Shown piece after piece: positions 52,320 through 63,372 of a stretch of 64,000 bases of DNA; position 1 is the stretch's first letter; the number at the start of each line of letters is the position of its first letter. This DNA is from Lama glama (lineage: Eukaryota): positions 86,306,001 to 86,370,000 of the forward strand of contig CM052816.1 in assembly GCA_028534125.1 (NCBI GenBank), given 5' to 3'. Both the position numbers and the translations under genes were made by a program. Below the pieces are notes generated by a model. That model made no database searches, was not told the origin of the DNA, and worked only from the letters and a program-made list of their open reading frames with translations.

Positions 52320-52770
52320 ATAGAGGTAGTGGCACTCCTGCTATTTCTATCCAATTCTGTCATCTTCTCTAGCAGCATGAGTGATTTTAGCTGAGCAAAT
52401 GGCTTTCAAGAGTAAAGACTACATTTCCAAGCCTCCCTTAAAATAATTTGTGGCCAAGTTTCTCATTTCCATCTGATGAAATCATAGACGATTCCAAGGG
52501 AAGGGAGCATCCTTCCCTTCTTTATTTTATTCCTCTTTCTAGAAAGCTGATGTGGAGTGATCACTCTTACACCATCTATGAGTTCAACTCAAGACTAGTT
52601 GAGCATTAAGAGAAAAGGAACCTGAGTTTCTGATGACTACAGGGAACACAGCAATCACACCAACTCAGAAATGTATGTAAGAGAAGAATGAACTTCTATC
52701 TTGTTAAAAAAAACAATGCAGTTATTATTTGGGGACTACATCATTGCAACATGTATTTTCATTCATAAAA
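52320..52770 (+). mobile_element. MaLR LTR (MLT1J-like)
   Basis: 'aaagactacatttccaagcctccctt...tgtggccaagtt', 'aaggaacctgagtttctgatgac' and 'gtaagagaagaatgaacttctatcttgtt'. Confidence 0.8.
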
Positions 52771-53614
52771 CAGCATTTTATATCTGATCTCAGCCTTTGA
52801 TTATTTTCTCAACTGGACCCATTTAGACATAATGTAAGCAACTTCTCATATCATGTCATTTATCCTGAAATGAACAATAAACATACAAAAATAGTTACTC
52901 TAATAAAAGTCCATCATCCATGTGTGCACCTGACCTATTACATTTAATTGAATGCTGTATAATTTCTATATAGAGACGATGAGATTCTATACCTTCTCTT
53001 GACAGCCAACTTTAATATGTCAACAGTAGCGTGAAACTGATCACATATTTCATATTAACACAAATACATTACAGAAAAAAAAAGAATATGTATTTTTACC
53101 TGATTCTAAAATTAAGGTACTCTGTGAAAAACAAAACAAAACAAAACACTACAGATACGCAAACTTGAGATAAATGTAAGAATTCTTGATCTATTAGCAC
53201 ACAACTCTAGCAGGGTCATCACAATTTTTCAGATGCCCTCGTCTGCAAAATTAAGTTTCAAAAGTCCCTTTCGGCTCTACATATCATTTTATTGAACAGA
53301 AATATTTGGTATTTTAGAATATAAAACTAGCTGGTAACATTGGTCATATAATAACCTTGTGGTATACTAAAACTTTTTTTGAAATCTAGATTTAGAATCG
53401 CTGTGCCTTTTTTCTCTCCCAGATTGAGCTGCTTTCTTTTCCTGTTATTCTGTCTGTGTGAGGGGCCTACTGATGTTAGAATAATCAAATATGTACCCAG
53501 GAGGTAGTGTGGCATCTCAGAACCGGAACTAAACTGGAATTGTAAATGCACGTAAGTAGATATGTCATATAACTATAGAAATATGTTTATATAAATATAA
53601 AATATGAACTGTCA

Positions 53615-53750
53615 TTTTTGTTTTAACTGTCACTAGTTAGCTCTGTGATCTTAACTCACTTAACATTTCTGAACAGTATTATCTATTTTTTAAAAAAGTC
53701 ATAGACAGGCAAGATTATATTCATAATTCCTCCTCCAGGTTTACAATTAT
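53615..53750 (+). mobile_element. MIR core fragment
   Basis: 'ctgtcactagttagctctgtgatcttaactcacttaacatttctgaacag'. Confidence 0.55.
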
Positions 53751-54299
53751 TTTTATAGTCTATTATTATTTTAAGTATGCTTATGTAATTTATTTGTTTT
53801 AAAAAAGTATCTGCATGTAGCCAGAAAAATATAAAGGTGTTCATTATTTTGTGGAGCTATGCTGACATCCTTTGGTAAGGTTTTGGTTGATTCCAACCTA
53901 ATGGAGAGATAAATAAATAGGGAGACGAATAGTTAGATGGTAAAGTAAATAGAATCACCCAGATGTATTATTTGCCCCCTGCCCCGCACCACCCCCTCCA
54001 TACGTTTGGGCATGACACTCATATTTCTGAGGAAAAAAAAGTTTAAATAAAACCAAAAAAGGACATTGTGTCAGGCCCAAAGTCTAAATATTTTAATAGC
54101 ATTAATTGCATATTTACATTATGAATAAAATATTTTCTCTATGAAGTATCAAAACGCAGAGCAGCTCAGATTAAGCAGACAAGACTGGCTCACGGACACT
54201 CCAGAACGATGAGCAAGGTGTGTTCTCCTATGACAATGAGCAACAAAAATAAGGTATTTGTAGAATCAAGGAGAGAAAAGTTCACGGAAAGCAAAAATA

Positions 54300-54880
54300 A
54301 ATAGATAATGTAAACCACAGCGAAAATCACTCTGGTAACGTGTCAGATCTGGTTGCGATCTGACTTGGCACTCGGGTCGTGTATTTCGGTAGTCTGGCGT
54401 GAGGATGGTGCAGGAATATATCTGTCAGAAGAAGAAGTATCTATTTAAAAAGAATTGCAAGAAGCAGTGCCGCTCCTGAGATTGTGTTACGGACACAGCC
54501 GGATTAGATCGGGTTGATTACCTTAGCCTTGAAACAGAGAGGCTTTCTGCCCTGCGGGGGAGGGGACGCCTTTCCGCCGAAGCCCTCCTCTCGGATGCGC
54601 CCTCCCCTCGGATGCGCCCTCCCCTCGCATTCACTTGCAAATCGCTGTGTGCTAGCAAAAGCCAGCACTTCCCCAGTCTCCAGCCTTCCCATGGCGAGTG
54701 CTGCAGCTCTATCAGCAGAACCTTTCTCTCCGAGTGAGGAAGGGTTTTTCCCCTCCCCTCCTTCCTTTTCTTTTCTTTTCTTCCTTTTTTTTTTTCTTCC
54801 CCTTAATCAGAAGCCCTGAATGAAAGCCAATCAGAGAGAGCTCGCCCCCGTTTTCTTCGGTTCCCTGCCGTCCAGAGTTA
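54300..54880 (+). promoter_or_regulatory. Small CpG-rich promoter region
   Basis: About 27 CpGs by manual count in roughly 550 bp (54320-54870), against a CpG-depleted background. TATTTAAA at 54442-54449, CCCTCCCC boxes at 54600-54625 and AGCCAATCAG (NF-Y consensus) at 54825-54834. The sequence is unique, not repeat-derived. Confidence 0.75.
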
Positions 54881-55038
54881 AAAGTGATGCTGAGAGAAAG
54901 CTTGAGTTAGATTGAAGTAGAATCAGTGATAGAAAATAACAGCCGAAAACAAACAAAAAAAGGGGACATAGTGACAATTTCTCCAGGGTTATTTTGACTG
55001 GACCAACTTCCATTATCCAGAAGCTGATAAAAAAAAAG
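54466..55038 (+). other. Candidate non-coding first (5' UTR) exon(s) of an unidentified gene; start uncertain (about 54466 or about 54900)
   Basis: Lies within and just downstream of the CpG cluster. Ends at donor AAG|GTAGGA (GT at 55039-55040), followed by a (CT)n tract and AT-rich intron-like sequence. The ATGs at 54691, 54820 and 54886 all stop before the donor. Confidence 0.6.
54582..54630. repeat. 17-bp tandem repeat, about 2.9 copies (GCCCTCCCCTCGGATGC)
   Basis: Units start at 54582, 54599 and 54616; seen directly. Confidence 0.95.
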
Positions 55039-55052
55039 GTAGGAAGATTTCA

Positions 55053-55085
55053 TCTCTCTCTTTCACTCTCTCTCTCTCTCTCTCT
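55053..55085. repeat. (CT)n tract
   Basis: Seen directly, just downstream of the donor site. Confidence 0.9.
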
Positions 55086-58000
55086 TTTTTTTCCCCCTCC
55101 TAACTCCTTTAAGGTCTCTTATTTTCTTTCCCTGGGGATAAATGTTGGTTTTTAAGTTGTATTCAGCAGTTATTTTCAAATAATTATTTTTGAGACATAA
55201 AAATATACTAACCATAAAACTATATTTCGGGTTCTAGAAGCAACTGCTTTGACTATCTAGAGAGGTAATGTAAAACTGGATAAATTACGTATGCTCAGCA
55301 GTGGGTCATGTTGTTAGAGTTTGTGAATTCATTCACTCTGAACAAATGCTAAAAATATATTATGGAGTGTAATTTGTCATGCTTGTACTTGTCCGTCTTA
55401 AATTTAAAAACCAGTTGCAGAGAACATTGTTGCTGTGAACTCTAAGATCATCCAGCATTACTTTACATTCCATATGAATGGATCCACTCTGCACTTATTT
55501 ATAGTCAGAGTTCATTGTAGGTTCAATATAAAGAGAAATGACAGGCAACAGACAGATTCCTTGAACGTGTCAGTGGTCACTAAGCATCTACATAAATAAG
55601 ATAGATTGGCATTTATAGGGAATACAATAGGCATAATTCCTCGATTCACATTTTGTATCTGAGTCAGAAGTATAAGGGGAAAGATGAAGAAGGGAGATTA
55701 AATGCATGTAGTCAGCAGTTGCAGCATTTATTGTCTCTGCTGCAATAAAATCCATATTTTATGTGGTGTTAAATTAATGCAGCACATTGCAAGACTAAAT
55801 GCATGTCCCCAACAAATAACTATTGATAGCACTGTAAGTATGGGCAAAAGCAGTAGTCTGAAAGTGTTTTTATGCCACTGCAATAAAAACCTTTCAGCTC
55901 CTTATCATTAAAAAGGGAAGGGGTGGTCTACAGGTGCAAAGACACACATCATTCTAAAATTGACCTCTCATCTTTGCTTCCAAAAAACAGATCTATTTCC
56001 TATAATGGTTCTTCATTCCAGTAAAAGCTTCTGTTATCCAAAACTGCATATCCATTACTCTGAGCTGTTTCGAGGTGCAGGGTATTTTTTTTCCTTGTTT
56101 TTTTTTTTTTTTTTGTCTTGAAGTCTCTATAATAAAAATAATCAGTCCCTCTAATGCTGACAACTGGTATACCTCAGTGTATACATTAGTAGACTTTTTC
56201 CCTCCACACCATCCCCCTCTGTATCCTTCTTTAAAATGTAGCTACAAGAGCTTCTCTGTGGTGAATAATGCTTGGCAAGAGTGTGCTCATTTTTTAGGTC
56301 TGGTATGGTGAGGATTTTTAATTAGTAGAACTTTCATGAAAACATTATGTCATTGACAAGAGCTCTAGGTTCATTTTTAGTTAAAGTGATGAAGAAAAGA
56401 GGAAAAGGTTTGTGTTACAGAGAAATAGTTAAATGATAAGTTGCATGGATAATCTGCCTGCCCCCTTCCCCGAAGCATAGTCGGTGTGGCATGTATGTAT
56501 TCAATGGGCAATGCATAAGGAAATAGTGGTTACTGGGGGTGGGGGGAGCAAAGGCATTAGAGAGTGCACAAATCTAAAGAGTGTTTGTGGCTTAGGGATA
56601 CATCAAATATAAATCCATTCTGATGATAAAAGAATAAAGAAATGCTTCTTTTATTTGCTTTCTTTTTTTTTTTTGGATGTGTTTTTAAAGTATGAATCAA
56701 TATCTGCTTTCATTAAATCAGGTACTTCTTGGGTTTCAAATACTTGCTGGTAACAAATTGACTTCCTTGGTGAATGTATATGCCTTCCCTGACTCCAATC
56801 AAAGAATAGAATTCCAAACAGTTAGATGTCTGAAAAAAGAAAAAAAATAATAAAAAAACAGGGACATTGGAAAGGAGCACATAATCTATATGACATCCAC
56901 ATATACATGCATATGTGTGAGGTCAGTGGTCAGAGTGTTTGGAACCTAATTAATGCTTCGGGTGATATTCCTCGATGTTTACAAAAACTAGCTGTTTGTT
57001 GATAAGAACAGTACAGGTATTGCATTTAATATTACACGGTTAGATTTTCACCCACACTGAGCTCTTCCTTAAAAATAAAAGAAAAAAGGGATAGAAAATT
57101 GAAACTCTGTTTAGAGAGATACACATTTCTGGCACAATATTGAGAAAGTTGGTGTACTCTGAAAGAGGCTTTTTCCCCCTGTTGAAAAAGAGAGTATTTG
57201 AAACTGAAAAGGTTAATTCCAAAATATGGGAATATGAGTTCAGAGTTTAAGATGCAGTTTTTGATCTACACCTAAATTCATATTTTAACAAATGAATGAT
57301 GCAGAGTGTATATTATCTAGGGATTTCTGAGCTTAGGACTTATTTTGTATATTTCTTAGCCTACTTTGCAGCAAATGATAACACAGTGCTCCTGGAATAT
57401 GTCATTTTTATACCAAATCATTCCGCTAGGCTGCAGCACAGGAACAGTATTAACTCTATGATGCTGATTCAGCAGCAAAGTGAACCATGTTTTCGTTAAG
57501 TGTTATTATCAGTAACAGTGTTGCATAGTAAGCAATTCATACAAATCAGGGGTTTAAAACCCAACTACCTCTAGTCCAGCCCTTGGGTTTTGAAAGCACT
57601 GGCCAAAATATATAATTTCTGCTATGCAGATTGCATTCTAATACTGTTGCCATGTTAGAAGTGCTTGTAAAATACTGAAACAATAAAGTATTAAGTCAAA
57701 AAATATAAAACTTATTTATGCTAATCGTAAGTAATTTTATGCAGATGTTTGGTCTCCAGATTTCAGGCTGATGTTTGAAAACTCTACTTTTGATTATCCT
57801 AAAATATTATCTGGAATAGAGTTTCAGAAAAGTCACTTTACTAAGCATATTACATTTAACAGAAGTGTCTGAAATAGGCTGAAGTTAAAAACCAAGTAAC
57901 ATAAAGTAAAGAAAGGTGCCCTCATTCTTGTTAGGCTAATGCTGAGCACTGGTGGCATAGATTAAACATTATACCAAGTGTATATGACCCCTCTTATGAA

Positions 58001-60682
58001 TATTTTGGAAAAAAAAAGAGTCCAAGGAAGAGCATTTATGAACTGATATTTGAGAAATGAAACTTAACATGAAAAATCATTTTCCTTTTCACATTTTATT
58101 CAGGCCAATGAGTTCATTGAGAACATTTAATTTTTTGTGTGATTACAATAACCCAACATATGCTGATTGAAGAAAAGTCCTGATTTAAGCATTTCAAAAT
58201 CTGCCTTATTTTTTTTCTAGTTAAAGCATTTGAATTATGTCCACAGAGCAGTGCTATAACAATCTCTGCTTTTACCTCCAACAAATTCAACACTCAAAAT
58301 TGTAGACCTTTTAAATCACACATCTGAATGAGAAAATCTCAGTCAACAAGGAGTGCCTGTTTTCTGAGATAACAGTATCAGCCAGGGTCACCCCTGGCCT
58401 CCTCCTCTCTTGTCCTATAGCGGCTTCATCATGCTTGGTATTTGAGTATGAGCCCTCGAGCCCTTTTATAATCCAGCTGTGCTGTCCTTCGCAAGGATGT
58501 CTGAAACACATGAGGCCATTTTTGCCTTTGCCATACCTCCTTTGTCCAACTAACTCAAGAGGCACAAACATCATAAGAAAATCACATCTATCACACAAAG
58601 TTGTAGATTTCTGGAAATGCAATATTTTAATGTAATATTAGCATTGATCAGTTAAAATCATTTGAGAGTTTCGAAAAGTGTTTCAGTATAACTTTTGCTT
58701 AACTCATTATCAATGCAATTTCTCACAAAAAAGCAACTTTTTTTTAAACAATAAAGGTGCTTTGTTTCCACCAGTGTCTTTTTGTTTTTATCCTATTCTC
58801 TCTTGCAATGTATGTGATGTTCCATCCTCTCCATCACTAAGAAACATTTGTTAAGTATCACCATACCAGTAGTCGATTTAAAGAAAGGGAAAGCTGAAAA
58901 TTGAGTAAAAATGAGTAAAATAAAGTTACATTTTATTTCATTTTAGGAGGTAAAGTGTAGTATTCCTTGAAAACAATAACTGTCTATAGGAGGTTGAAAT
59001 GCCTTCATATAACAATCCTCATAGAGGGACATAGAGCCTTAGAGAGTTTGTCAGTAACAGAATGCTTTACCAAACTATGTAATCTCGATTCTAAATCACT
59101 CTCACCAGCTTTTTTTTTTTAAGAAAGCAGCCTTGATTCTACATACTCTATATGATGCAGAAATATTAAAGTTAACTAACATTTCCAGTTTCAGGATGGG
59201 ATTAAGCCACAGGCTATAGGGTACAACACAACAACATTGCTTCACAACAGGAAATTCCGCTTTAGATGACGTATCTAAACACTTCAGAGTCCTGCTGATC
59301 TAGCTCTCCCTCTCCCTCACCTTCTTGCATCCTTTCTTCCTCCCTCCCTTCATCCTCCCCTCCCTCCATTAGGACAAAGACAAAAGTCTTTGAATGAGTT
59401 TCCCATGTGCTTTTTTATATTCCCCTATACGAAATAATATTTCTGTACATCTTGTGACTTTTATGGCCAGTATTCTATCATCTGCCACATTATACATTGG
59501 ATTTATGACATTATCCTTTGCATTATAGCATAAAGTATATGACAATTCAGTTGACTAGAGCGTGTCCTTTCAAATGAGAGCAATTCCTATAAACATTATA
59601 ACACCTAGGCTTTTAAAGAACTGAAATTGATGCCAATGTAGTTTACTGCACTAGTAAGCCAGGTATGGGGAGTCAGCATTTATTAATGAAATGACTTCTC
59701 TGAAGTCTCAGAATGTACAATGCACAGGTATGAGTTATTGTACTCAGGACATCAGCTACTGACTGGGAATCTTTGTTGATTTACTGGAACAGATGATACT
59801 GAAATAGTCTGACAGAGCCCTGATTTTAAACATAAATTGAACATAAATTGCATGTTTTCAGAAAGCATCCTTTCATCAGACATGTTTATTCTTCTTTGTT
59901 GCAAAATACAAATATTACGAGTTTGTAATCTAAAATTGTAAACTCATATAAAATGAGCAAATGTCTATTTTAGATATTGTAGCATAAAGAATTACCATTG
60001 CTCTTTCTTGTTTCTAGTTGAAAATTTGGAAATGTAAACTGTAACAATAATCCAGTTCAGCAGAACATTTGGGGAATTATTTTCCCTGGGTTATTGAGTA
60101 CATTTTTTGCATAATGCTAATCTCACAAATGTGGCTGATTCTCCTTTTTCATATAATTCTACTCCCAATAAAATCAAGTTAAATCAAGTCCATTTGAAAA
60201 ACCATGGTAACTTCTGGGATTTTTAAAAGTAAAGAATATTTCCATAATTCTTGGATCAGACCTCAGATCTAGATGAAGAACCATAATGTTTCTGGATGAT
60301 CTGACTTCTTAGGACCAGCTTTAAACTATAGCCCCAAATATAGGTTGACTTGAAATATTTAAACTACCTGTGGGCTTTGTGTTTACCATGTAAATCTTCT
60401 ACCTGTATAGTATATTAATTATTTTATTTGAAATATTTGCTTCAAATAAAGTAAAAAATTAAACTTTCACTACTTTGAACTCATTGGCTTCAATCTATTG
60501 CTAATAAAATAAAGATTATGAATTACATATTCTTTTCATACCAACAGCATGGTATTTATTTGCCTAGGCAATGGCATAGAGAAAAGAAACCGTTGTAATA
60601 AAATCAAGTGTTTATCAAGTTATTTAACCAAATAAGCAGAAACTAAGTACATAATGACTAACCATTAGGCTAATGAAGTGTG

Positions 60683-60727
60683 TATATGTATATATACTAT
60701 ATACTATATACTATATATATATATATA
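60683..60727. repeat. (TA)n/(TATAC)n simple repeat
   Basis: Seen directly. Confidence 0.9.
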
Positions 60728-61161
60728 GTTGGTTTTTTTTTTACTTCTTTCTGAAGCATTGTAAGTTGGGGTTTTTCCTGCTCTGTAGTCTTGAACTGTG
60801 TTTTGTCACCAGAGTGACTTTTTCATGTGTAGTTTCTAGAGAGTGAAAGCTACCAACACAAACATTTATTCTGTCTGCATCTAGCTCCTAAATTTGAATA
60901 AAATCCTTCCCCTGTGAATAAGTACCTATAAGAAAGTCTTTCTTATTTCTTTATCCACTCTCTTTACCAAGGCTTTGGTTATTCTTTTGGAGATTTGTTC
61001 AAAATTGAATGCCAAGCACCCTTCTTCCCCTTTTCTTCTCTTTTCTTTTAGTTCTTCTATTTTCCCCCCCTGCTAGAGAGAAGAGTGGAGATATTTCTGT
61101 AGAATTTCTACACTAAATAAATGATCTATTTACCTACTACCATAAGGATTTTGGATGGATG

Positions 61162-61187
61162 CAAAAACAAAACAAAACAAAACAAAA
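61162..61187. repeat. (CAAAA)5 simple repeat
   Basis: Seen directly. Confidence 0.9.
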
Positions 61188-62269
61188 ACCCCTATATTTT
61201 CCAAGAATATCTTTTAACTAATACATTAGTCTTTAAAAATATGCCCTAATTTTTTCAACATTTAATAACCAGATAGTTCTATGTAATTTTTATTGTTATC
61301 ATTTTGTAAAATATCACTGTGTTGGGAATAGACACATTTATTTTCGATACTAAAAATATACTGAGGAAATGAAATCCCTAAAATCTAAGTTAAGAGAAAT
61401 AATTGCTTGGCTAAACTTTTTTTCCTTGAAATTGAACTATCGTCCATCACTGAGTATGAAATCTGAACAAAAGAGGGGAAAAACATGTTTTCTTTTTTGG
61501 GACAAGGACATGTCAGTCTTAGGTATACACCTCTGCTGGGCATCCAGCCTAGTGGAGATGTGAAGTTAGAGAAATAGCAATCACAATTTTGACTTCAGAG
61601 TAAAGACATTAATTCACCACTTTATAGGTCAGGGTTGGATCAAACCTGTTTCTGGGTGGGTCCAAGATGAAAACCATGTGAATGAGAAGAGACGTCCTTT
61701 CTAGAAGCAAACTAAAACATTGCATATAAACCACTGTCCCCCCCAAAAAATACTTATGGAAATTTTCAATTTTTAATACTGTTCACGAAGTGAGTACTAT
61801 GATAATACAAAATTCAGAGTCATTAATTTAACCGTCTTTAGATTTGGGGCTGTCATATATAGCTATATATTTATTCCTTTACAGGTATTATATTTCTTTT
61901 GCATTTTACTCACTAAATTTGAATGATCCCCTGATATCTAAACAATCACTTGCTCAATTTTTTCTTGGCTTCTGATTAATTTGATTCATTTTGGGAGAAG
62001 TTCCTATGAGCCATTATTGCCTTACCCAGAGAAATGAAGATGAATCTAATATAAATTTGATGCTTGAGGGGGTAGTGTTTTTAATGTGAGATATTCTCAA
62101 TGAAATATCATGTGATTTATAATGCAAATATCATTAGTTATGTTCTAAATGTTTCAAATAACATGGAATAGTAGTGAATGTCATTGGGAAGTTACTTTTT
62201 CACCTACCACAGATTTTTCACTTTTGATTTTCTATTATGTAAACTACTGAAGAAATTTCCCAGTATCTT

Positions 62270-62460
62270 GTTTAATTCACTTATTCATGTTTCTATTCAC
62301 TATTCTTTTTTTTGGGGGGGGGTTACTAGGTTTAGCTATACCCTTCCCCCCAGTCACTATTGTTTTTGTATCTACCATGAACCAGACACTGTACAAGCAG
62401 CCAGAGATACAAGAATGAAGAGAAAGACAAAACAAAGCAAAACCTCTGTTGCACCGTCAG
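62270..62460 (-). mobile_element. L2 3' terminus fragment, antisense
   Basis: 'ttcacttattcatg' and 'tatctaccatgaaccagacactgtacaagcagccagagatacaagaatgaagaga'. Confidence 0.6.
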
Positions 62461-63139
62461 TAAATGAATCACATTACTTGCTATTATATTCTAATTTTGA
62501 TGAATACAAGAACAATGAGTGTTAGGTACTTTTCAGATGTATAATATGGGGCTCTAATTTCACTTTTTTATAATTGTATTCAAGGCTCCATGGCATCTTT
62601 CAAGAAACTATCGAAATAAGTTAGCGGATTAGTTCAATTAGGCATTTTTGTGTAGCCTCAGATTTATTCAGCTGGAGTCCTGAGAGTGGATCCTGAATTG
62701 GTGCGTCAGTTAGGAGCTGCCATCTTGGTTGGTGATGTATGTTTGCACTTCACATGTGCAAGAGCCAGTGGTCATCTCACAGCAAGGACTCAAATTTGAG
62801 TCTAGTATTCTGATCCCAGACACAAAGCCTAAATGAAAAATACATATCTGAAGACCAAGTAAATCCCAAAATTGTATTACTAAAAATGCTTACGAACAGA
62901 AGTTTCCACACCCCCACAAGCAATTAAAATATTCAGTCCATAGAAGCCACTGAGTTTCAAACTTGGTCACTCTGTCAAAAAGTTTCTTCTATGTAATATT
63001 CTGTTTTTGTGAGGGCACCTGAAAAAGATCATGTTTAATAGGGAGATGACATGGTGATAAGGCTACATGCCAGAAGCACTGAGACTGCCTTTCTTAATGA
63101 ATGTAGTGACTCTGACCTACGTATACTCACAAGGACTTT

Positions 63140-63372
63140 CGATGGATAAAACATGGACAATGGCACCAAACTGTCTGGGTTCAAATCCTGTGTCACATGC
63201 CATGTATTTAATATTTAATATTGCTGGTAGTTTTTTTCATCTGTAAAATGGGGTTAATCAATGTCCTTAAATGATAGTGTGGTTGTCATGATTAAATGAC
63301 ACAGTTCCTATAGAGTTCTACCAATTCCAGATGCACAGAGGTGTTCTAATGCTACCTATACTGTTACTGTTG
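63140..63372 (+). mobile_element. MIR SINE
   Basis: B-box 'ctgggttcaaatcctg' and core 'tcatctgtaaaatggggttaat...gttgtcatgattaaatga'. Confidence 0.85.

Noticed and set aside
54514..54819. 101-aa ORF across the CpG cluster as a protein-coding gene
   Set aside because: It has a non-ATG start and runs through the tandem repeat and pyrimidine tract. GC-rich sequence is stop-poor. At most the part from ATG 54691 is a uORF.
54300..55040. Assigning a gene symbol to the promoter
   Set aside because: There is no coding sequence in the window, and I cannot reliably match the 5' UTR from memory. A BLAT search is needed.
63177..63190. tRNA-like B box GGGTTCAAATCC
   Set aside because: It belongs to a MIR head and there is no cloverleaf.
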